A DNA stretch of 31,050 nt. Source: Vitrella brassicaformis CCMP3155 (lineage: Eukaryota; Protista; Chromerida). The notes under the pieces are model-generated. The model saw only the letters and a list, made by a program, of their open reading frames with translations. It was not told the DNA's origin and ran no database searches. The position numbers and the translations under genes were made by a program. How positions within the stretch are numbered: the stretch's first letter is position 1; each line of letters opens with the position of its first letter. The DNA lies in contig CDMY01000684.1 of NCBI GenBank assembly GCA_001179505.1, positions 1 to 31,050 on the forward strand. The letters run 5' to 3'. Positions 22,268 through 31,050 of this stretch are shown piece after piece.

Positions 22268-22296
22268 GTGATGCCTTCGTGATGCCTTCGTGATGC
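22268..22296. repeat. 11-bp tandem repeat GTGATGCCTTC x2.6 in a divergent intergenic region
   Basis: Copies at 22268, 22279 and a partial copy at 22290. Confidence 0.8.
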
Positions 22297-22859
22297 GAAT
22301 CAGCACAGAAAGGGTGAGAGCTCCAACAGCTGCTCGTCAGACTTGCCGTCTCGGCATTCCTCTCGCGAGGGGAGCGGTTTCACAGAATGTCCTAAGCGGC
22401 CTGACGGCCAAGTCCCATGTCTTTCACGCACAGTCAAACGACGACACGCAACAGGAATCACCCACGCACGCTCCACATGCACAGAGGAACCCAAGGAACA
22501 CACTCACGAGGCCTCCAGACCGAAACCCACGGCCGTCCGCTGAATACGAGTCGTTTGCTGGACTAAGTCGTAGATCTGGCCGAGTCGCTCCTGAGATGCG
22601 CCACCCCGGGCCTCCCCCACGCCGCAGAGTCGTCCCCCCTCGGCGCCGGAAGCTCCATCCGCTAGATACGGGTCAGTTGCAGGATGGGAACCCCTCGACT
22701 CCGCTCGAAAGACGACTCCGTTCGGGGGCGCGTCGTCGGCGGATCCCTGCCGCGCCTCGACTCGAGGACGGGCAGGAAGAAGTGACATCGTCACTTCATC
22801 GCCAAGTAGCGTGGATCGCGAGCTCGCAGGGTTTGGAAGCGGAAAAACGAAAAGGGGGG

Positions 22860-23855
22860 ATGACCGACACGAATAGCAGCGGCAGCTCGCCTCCCCAGGC
22901 AGCGGCTGATGCATCTCTCCTCGCCACGAATCCTCCCGCCGCCTCTCACCCATCGCACAGTGTCACACTCACCGAGGACGACAAGCCCAGGCCTGCCGCA
23001 GCACAGGAGAATCAGCCCCAGCCTCAGTCTCAGCAGAGCATTGCCAAGCCGATGACCGAGTCAGAAGCGTTTGCTATCGAGAGGGAGGAGGGCGAGTTGA
23101 GTGACGACGAGGCACCCGAGTGCATGCCCGAGGCGGCCTCTCACAGCGGTCTCTGCGACACTCATGTCGGTGAATGCCAACCTGCGTCGCACCCGCCACC
23201 CAGCACCCAGCAGCACTGCGACCCTGCCCTCACAGTTCCCCCACCCCCCCGCACCAGCAGTGACGACAGGCGCGGCACCACCAGCAGCAGCAGCAGCGGG
23301 AAGAGATGCGAGCCGCCGCCAACAACGCGGCAGGAGGGCTCCAAGAAGAAGCGTCGCAACACTGCTGCGGCATTGTCGGCTGGTGCTGCTCCTGCTGGTG
23401 ATGGTGCCCCAGCGGGCATTGCCATCAATCACTTGGAGACCTGTCCGTGGGAGAGCGGCCATTTCGATGAGGATGGTCGGGACGGTGGGAGGGGGAGGGG
23501 GAGGGGTGGTGTTGGGGCTGGTGGGCCGCTGAGGTCTGCGCGGTTCGGGTGGGTGTATCCGCCGCCGTGCCATCAGATGGATGTCGACGACCTGAGTAAC
23601 GAGCAACTGCGGTGAGCGAAAGCATTAAAGGGAGGTGGCTGTGTCTGTGGGTGTGGTGATATATGGCTGGTCTGGTTGTGTGGCTGCTTTGGTTGTGGGT
23701 GGGTGCAGCTTCTTGGTGGCCTACACGACTGCGCGTCTGCTTGCGTGTTTCCCAGCGGGCACCCTGACCGTCAAGGCCATCATGCGGCACCTCAACCGAA
23801 TCGCCAACCGGCTGTTCAGGTGACTGACTTATCAGACACCAGCACCACACACACG

Positions 23856-23886
<31 letters not shown>

Positions 23887-25856
23887 CCAGCAAACTGAAC
23901 GAACAAGGGGTGTCTGTCTGTCTGTCTGCCTGTGTGTCTGTGTCAGGCTAACGAGCCGGTCGGTCGAGGCCCGTCTCACCGACGTGAGCACCAGCTGCCT
24001 GGGCCCTCTCCCCACAGCCCTCGCCCCACTGCACCGCACCGTCTTCGAAGTCTGCGGCCCTCAGCACGCCCCCGCCGGCAGCGGCACCAGCAGCAGCACC
24101 AGCAACACCAACTCCGCCACCATCTCTCTCACCCGGCGGGTCAGCGAGCTCGATTTCGCCGAGTGGGACAGCAGGAGGCACCTCCCCGCCAAGTATGAAG
24201 GACCCAAGTACCTGAGGGGCGAGGGAGGCGGTGACGACGAGCGTGCGAGGATGATGGAGGAGATTCAGTCGTGGTGGGTGCGCATGTTGGGGGAGTACCT
24301 GAGAGGCAGGACCGAGCGCCGGCCGTGCAGCATGGACATGGCGGAGCAGGCCTGTCCGAACCCACTGCCGTCGAGTCCGTCGTCTGCCGCCTCGCCGTCG
24401 GCTCTCCCAGCGCTGCCCGCGTTGAAGCACTTCGTGAAGTCGAATCCTGTGTGTCGGGAGCGGTTCACTCTGTCGAGTGGTGCGGGTGGGCGGCAGTTTC
24501 TGAGGCTGGCTGACGTGGCGCTGGCGCCGGACAGCACGGCCAAGGAGTGGCTGCGACAGGTGGGGGAGTACCTGCAGAAGACCCGCCGCCGAGAGTGGAT
24601 CGGTGAGCACACAGACGTGCACACCCGCTCACCTACACACACACATACGACCTCTCTGTCGCTCGCTCTCTCCTCTGTGTGTCTGTGTGTGTCTGTGGCC
24701 ACCAGGGTCTCTGGGTCATCACTTCCCCCGTCCGGCAGGGCTGTCCAAGAACAACCGGCTGGGCCAGCTCATCCTCGCCAACCGCCACCTGTTCACTGTC
24801 GACTTCGACGACAAGCAGAGCAGCTTCATGGTCGGCCTCAAGGGCCCTCGCGACCAGTGGGACCGACTCATCGACACGGAGAACGTCCGACTCAACGCCA
24901 ACCCTCCGCCCCCTCCCCCTGCCCCTTCTTCGACGGCATCATCAAAGGAGGCTCAGTGTTCCCGAGCGCCTGGGACCAAATTCCCGATGCCGAAGATCTT
25001 GCCGATCCCGGTGGCGGTGAGAGAGAGGAAAGGTCCTCCCTCACCTCCACCAGAGCCGTCGAGGGCAGAGGGTGAGGCGAACGAGGCGAATGATGCCGAC
25101 GAGGACATGGATGTGGCGTCATTGTGGGCGGAGGGGAGGAGGGACGACCACCATGTGCCAACGATTCCAGCGATTCCAGCGATTCCGCCCCCCGTCTACC
25201 CATCACCACCGCTACCGCCAGCACCACCGGCCATGGGGGCCATCGGCGCGTCCTCTCCAGTACACCCCATGCCCATGCATCCCCCCTCTCCCCGCCCCTC
25301 CCATGGCCCCCCGTCTCTCATGCCTCCATCCTTCGACACGGGCCCGATGCCGCCACCGCCCCCACCACCAATGTCACTGCCGGCTTGGCCGTCCTCTCCG
25401 GGGGCGTCGATGGCGTCAGCCGGCGTAGGGTCTTCATTTCCCTTCGCAATCCATGGGATGCCCTCCCCCAGCCACGCCTCTGCGCCGGCTCCGGCAGCTG
25501 CCCCTATGGTGCCTCCTCTCGCGGCCGAGCTGGTGAAGGCCATCGTTCATCCGACTCAGGCGGCTGCGGGTGGCGGTGGTGTGCCAGCCGCAGGCAGCTC
25601 CCCGGCCGGTGGAGTGCAGCCTGACCTGCTGGATGCGCTGCGGCTGCTGGTGTCGGCAAATGGCGTTGCTGGGCTTGGGGGCGGGGGTGTCGGGGGTGGT
25701 GGCGTGACCTTCGGTGATCATGTTGGTGCTGGTGTTGGCAGCAACAGCAATAGCAGCACTAGCAGCGGCCATGGTGTGCCGAACGCTGCTGACGCCATCC
25801 AGTTGTTGTCGTCATTGATTCAGAGCAGGCTGCAGCAGTCGGTGACGCCCAGATAA
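22860..25856 (+). CDS. Hypothetical protein, about 889 aa, 4 exons; EEGEL motif, RG box, two winged-helix/LOTUS-like repeats, Pro-rich C-terminus (putative nuclear nucleic-acid-binding protein)
   Basis: join(22860-23611, 23709-23819, 23947-24602, 24706-25856); phases consistent (2670 nt). The frame is open upstream to 22290, so ATG 22596 is an alternative start. Confidence 0.78.
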
Positions 25857-27065
25857 GACGGACGGACAGATGGGTCGATCGACCGACTGAATGAGCGACA
25901 GGGGGTGCGGTGTGCTTGTGCTGGGTGTGAGTGGTTGAGTGGCTGTTGCGTCAGCGCGTTCCTCCTTGTCAGTCATGCGTGCGTCTTCGGTGCTGCATGC
26001 AGAGGACGGCCGTGCATGGCCATAGCCGTCCTCTGGATGTAGCAGCGGGATCTCACGAATGACCAAGAAAGAGGCGCAGAGACGGTTGGTTGGTTGACAA
26101 GTGTTTTCATCATAGTACCTTTATTCCTGCGGTGTGGACCGATCTGGGAACAGCCACTGATTGAGGACATGGTCGACCATGAATTGAGTGGACGGACACG
26201 GGCAAGAGTCTGTGTGTGTCCACTCCAGCAGACACACCACGGACAGACAGACAGACACCACAGACAGCTCACAAATGGGGAGAATGGGGGCGGACATTGA
26301 AACCCAGCTCATCTGTCTCACCCAAGCTTGCATGTCAAAACCACCACAGCCCCACGATTGGCCCGTCTTTTCTATCTGTCCTTCATAAATCGTTATAAAT
26401 CACACACACCACACACCACACACACCCATACGCAACCACGGAGGGAGGAGACGGAAACAAATGGCCCTGATGGGATGGATGGATGGATGGCTGGACTGAC
26501 TGATGCGTTGCATCGCCGCATCATTGCACAATCACTGACGAGACACACACTCGGATAGACAGCAAGACAAGACAGGCGGCACAACCCAACTCACTCACCG
26601 ATAAAGGTGACCATGACATGAAAACACTATCACTCACGCGGGCAACCATGAAGCGAAAAGGGAGAGGGGTCCACGCTCAGGGGCCGCTGAGATTGCCCCC
26701 CTCTCTCTCTCTCTCTCTCTGTTTGTCCGTCGCCACACAGACGTTCGTCGGTGCGCAGGCCGTTCAAGTAACACCCCCCCACCCCCCCACCACCCCCAGC
26801 AAATTGACGGACCCACGAGCATCCGATGATAAGGTACCTACCTGCCCCGTGATAAAAGCCCCACCACTACGCCAACGTACCTTACCTTACCGTCGAAATG
26901 GATGGCCCACACGCAACACAACACAACACAACACAACGCAGTCAACACACCCGTAGCAAGCAAAAGACACACACACACACACCTCCTACCTTCACAGGCA
27001 CACCATGTACCATGCACACACGCGCACGCTTGGCTTGGCTGGTATGTCTGTCGGTATGTCGTCAG

Positions 27066-30000
27066 TCACGGGAATGATATCGGTGCCTTGAGCATGGTCT
27101 CGTCCTTGTCCGGAGCAGGGCCGTTGGCGAAGCACCGATCCAGACAGTCCAGCAGCTGCTTCTCCGCCACCACGTCATCCGCACGACCTGCAAACCAAAC
27201 AAGTCAGTCCTTCGTCCATCCACACCACACCACACCACGCCACACCACACCTAGAGGCTTGTTCCAATGCACTGCACTGACCCTGGTGGGAGAGGATGCC
27301 GTCCGGTCGGATGAGGCAGAAGGACGCCGTCTCCAGTCTGCTCAGTGGGCACACGCCCAGCCCATACATGTCCCTGAGCACACACATCGGACACATCGGC
27401 ATGGGAGGGAGGGAGCGATCCGTTTCGGCGTGGTGGCATCAATCAGATAACGGTCATGTATCTGACTGGCTAGCTGGCTGGATGGCCGACCAGAATGCGC
27501 CCTCGACGTCCCACGCGCTCTGCAGACCACCCACATCTGGCCCCACCGAACCGAGGCTGCATGGCACCGCATTTCCACACACACACCCATCCAAACACAA
27601 ACACACACACAGACAGACACACACAGACAAACGGACCTGGTTTTGAATTTGGTGTTTATCTGTTCAAGAAGATTGCCGCTGGAGGCTCCTCCTGGTGTGG
27701 GTGCGGCGGTGCCTGCAGGGGGTGTGCTGCCGCTGCTGGTGGTGATGCTCGTGTTGGTGTTGGCGGTGGTGAGGGCAGACCGTGAGTCGAGCACTGGCAC
27801 GAGCGACGGCCGGCCAGCCGTGAAGAGCAGCATGATGCGGAGAGGAGGGGGGGGCGGGCGCATCAGCTGCTGCATGTCTTGGACCTCCTGCTGCTGCACC
27901 GATGAGTCAGGCGGTGAGTCGATGCTGCCGGTGCTGGTCATGGTGGTGTTGGTGGAGCTGACGCCCCGGTGGCTGCTGGTGGACCGGGTGACGGCCTTAG
28001 ACGCCAGGGAGAGCAGACTCTGCAGACCGCCCGTCAGGTGGATCCTGGACGATTCTGCACACCCATAACATGGATAAACAGGCCAAGACACACACACACA
28101 TGCATCCATCCATCCATCTATCTCTCTGTGCTGTGTGCTCTGTCTGTTTGTTGACTGACTGACCGGTTGTGGTGTCGTCACCGCACTGGTCCATGAGAGT
28201 GACAGGTGGCGGCACGCCCACCACACAGGTGCCCAGGCACGACGACCACCGGTGCTGCCCGCCAGATGCAGACAGCATCGACCCCCCGCCCGACGCGCTC
28301 GCCGGCACACGCAGCACCAGCACCAAAGTGTGCAGCGGACCGGCTATCGCCTGAAGCAGTCGTGTGAACCGCACCTCTCCCTCATGCACCTGTGAGTGGA
28401 GAAAGACAGCAATGCATTGGGTGAATGAAGGGTGTGTGGGTGTGTAGGTCGCACACACCAGAGCGATTTTGGCGTCGGGTGCGACAGCGCCCGGCTGCAC
28501 CGCACCCTTGATGGTGGCCGCCTGGCCGAACAGGGGGCTAAGGCACACACACGCACACACGCACACACGCACAGACATAAGACAGTGAGACAAGACACAG
28601 TTGTGGTGTCTTGTCTTGTCTTGCCCTGTCTTGTGTCCCTACCTACCTGTCTTTGGTCGGCAGCGGTCGATATTTCTGGAGTGACGTGAGTGTGGGCCCC
28701 AGCCACTCGCAAGGGTTCTGTGCCTGGCAGCAGAGGGCCACGTACGGCAGCAGCGGCAGACACATCCGGTACGCCAACGCACCTGACACCAACGAGCGAC
28801 AGAACGACAGACAGAAAGAACGAAGGGACCAATAGAGATCAGATTGCACGTCAGCTCTTTCTACGTGTGTGTGTGTGTGTGTGAGTGTGCCTGATTCAAA
28901 GTACTCCCGGTACTTCAGCGCCTTGGCCCGCTGCAGCGCTGCAGAGAAGAAGCCACAACGATAGTAGGCAGCAAGAGATCAGTACTTAACGAGCATCGCT
29001 TAAGCAAGGCAGGTAGGGGAACTCAACTCACCCTGGCAGATGAGCATTTCTCTGGCGTATGTGTCAAGCAGCGACGGCTGCATCTGCTGCCCCAGCACCA
29101 GCCCCATCTTCCACGACAGATTGAAGCCATCCTGCACCACACACACACACCCCCCCCCCTCAAATACACACCGAAGAAACACACTCACTCCTGTATCTGC
29201 GTCACGTGTGCTGCACCTGTATGGCGGCGTTGATGGACTGATCATGGAATGGGAGCCGCAGCTGAGCAGCGTCTCCGCAGAGGAACACCCGCCGGGCGAG
29301 GTCGTAGGTCCACTCGTACTTGTCGTGGATGGGCACACAGGTCGCCCAGTCCACCCTCTCAATCACACTACCGGGGTACACCTAAACCAAGGACATCAGA
29401 CAGACAGACAGACAGACAGATGGATGGATGGATGGATGGATGGAGAGAGGGATGGGGAACTTTCCTTCCCTCATGCATGTCTCTCACTACTCACAATGCT
29501 GATAATGAGCTGCAGCTCCTCCTTGGTTGGCATCAGCTGCAAACTCCCCGCCACATCCCGCGACGGACGGCACGACACAGTCCTCCACGAGTCATCGTCG
29601 ATGGGCACCACAGTGACCAGCCCCCCGCCCCCCTTGCTCCCAACCAGCACGTGGGCACGATTGCGCGCCAGCGGCACGTGCCAGTTGACTTGCATGTCGG
29701 CCACCACGAACTCGGTGGGCGGCGGGGGCGGTGTGGTCGCGCGGGGAATGAATGCGAGCAGCGGGTTGGCGGAGAGAGAGGGGGGCTGGTGGGGAGCGGG
29801 GGTCTGCTCCTCTGCGGCCGTCTCGGTCTCCCCCGGCTCATCCCGCTTGAACTCCTTGAGCTTGGCCACTTTCTGCTTGACAATCGACCGCCGGCCGTCA
29901 CAGGCGACAACCCACCGACAGCTAAGGGGAATGGGCGGAGGTGTGGGTGGGGCTGTGGGGGACCCACGAGCAGCAGCAGCTGTTGCTGCAGGGGTGGTTG

Positions 30001-30854
30001 GGGATGCGGTCACGGGCACGAGAGTGAGGTTGATGAGCTCCTGTGTGGGGGTGGCGCCGAGGCTGAGGTGGTCGATGGTGAGGCCGCGGTGGATGCGGTC
30101 TGCCTGGCCGAGCTGCGCAAGCCGGTCTGTGAGAATCGTCTCAACTGATGAGAGATTCACCACCTGAGCAGAGCGACCACACACATAACAGGCAGCCAAT
30201 GAGTGACTGAATGATTGGAGCGAGCGATTGTGGGCGTCTGTCTGGCCACGTATGTCACGTACCACAGGCTCTGTGAGGTTTGCGTCCGAGTTGAAGTGCG
30301 CGTCTGCCGTGACGTTGCCGTCGATCATCAGCCGTTCGCTCGTCAGGGCCTCCCCGGCATTCAACACATCATCAGACACACCCAGGTCTGACAGACAGCA
30401 TTTATATGGTGCAATATATAAGAGAGGAATCTCTCTCTCATCCCATCCACGGCTGTCTTGTCTGTCGGCCCGGCTGGCTGACTGACTGCAGTCACTCACT
30501 CTGCAGTATGTCCATCGTCTGTTTGTGCAGCACCGCCGCCCTCCCGCCCTCTTCAAGCACCGGCAGATCTCCGTCATCGAGCACCTCCGAGTTGCTGAGC
30601 GCCCGGCTCAGCATGCCACGCGTGGCCTCCTCCGTCGCCCTGGTGTCTACCAGCAGCCAATCGACGTGCCGCCGGGCAAGGTCTACAGGACACACAACCA
30701 GAAGATAGCTCATTGTTCGACGCATTGCAATCCACGCCAGGAGGGAAATCCTTCCTTCCCTACCGAGGGCGAGAGTGAGGCCGCTGACACCGTTGCTGAT
30801 GATCACCACAGATGCTTGCAGGGAAGCGGGAGGGGATGGCTCTGCTGACGCCAT
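27066..30854 (-). CDS. FAD-dependent monooxygenase-like protein (PheA/TfdB / phenol hydroxylase type, FAD_binding_3 plus C-terminal thioredoxin-like domain), 833 aa, 14 exons
   Basis: complement(join(27066-27187, 27282-27373, 27491-27556, 27637-28054, 28182-28389, 28459-28537, 28647-28782, 28891-28938, 29032-29131, 29217-29381, 29495-30163, 30263-30387, 30500-30682, 30764-30854)); all phases agree (2502 nt). Motifs in family order: VVIISNGVSGLTLALDLARRHVDWLLVD, RAAVLHKQTMDIL, WVVACDGRRSIVK, RVFLCGDAA...P...Q..N...DGFNLSWKM, LLDTYARE, LIRPDG. Confidence 0.9.
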
Positions 30855-31050
30855 CGCGCTGTCTTGAATTAGAGGGAAACGAGTTGTCAGGATTGCCAGC
30901 TTGGCAAGACGAACCACTGCGAGCTTGTGAGCTAGGGTAGATTGCTGTGTAACGGAGAGAGAGAGGTGAAGACAAGGAGAGACAAGGAAAGCATTCTGAG
31001 GAGACACGATCCTATCAGCCATCACCGAAGTGAGATCTGTGTTGACCACC

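Noticed and set aside
16876-30167. Long antisense ORFs (e.g. 16876-17451 +, 22504-22953 -, 23061-23606 -, 29040-30167 +)
   Set aside because: They are shadows of GC-rich exons on the opposite strand, where stop codons are depleted, and have no independent splice signals or motifs.
1-31050. A functional gene cluster linking the STRA6-like transporter, DHHC acyltransferase and FAD monooxygenase (lipid uptake/modification)
   Set aside because: The genes are separated by unrelated loci in mixed orientation, and nothing in the sequence supports co-regulation.
1-31050. tRNA, rRNA, snRNA/snoRNA genes or transposase/reverse-transcriptase ORFs
   Set aside because: None were recognised by eye. Small ncRNAs cannot be excluded without tRNAscan-SE or Infernal.

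Overview
Intron-dense, GC-rich, microsatellite-saturated eukaryotic nuclear DNA. Its style (about 50-200 nt GT-AG introns full of CA/TG, GACA, CCAT and GGGA repeats; apicomplexan-type DHHC gene) suggests a chromerid alveolate such as Vitrella; this is an inference. I spliced eight protein-coding loci by hand. (1) A 5'-partial, roughly 1,600+ aa STRA6/RBP-receptor-like multipass membrane protein with a very large N-terminal extension and an interrupted reading frame (+, 21-5708). (2) An intronless mitochondrial single-pass protein (+). (3) A DHHC palmitoyltransferase (-). (4-6) Three proteins of unknown function. (7) A probable nuclear nucleic-acid-binding protein with tandem winged-helix-like repeats (+). 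(8) A PheA/TfdB-type FAD monooxygenase with degenerate FAD motifs (-). The seven other loci all give stop-free, in-phase models; only the STRA6-like locus does not. I recognised no rRNA, tRNA, CRISPR array or transposon ORF. Best leads: the STRA6-like gene in an apparent alveolate, its stop and frame breaks, a consistent CA-first/TG-last complementary microsatellite polarity in introns (possible hairpin-assisted splicing), a 20-bp-phased palindrome array at 5824-5912, and a possible pseudoenzyme monooxygenase. All family assignments come from motif recognition by eye, not database searches.
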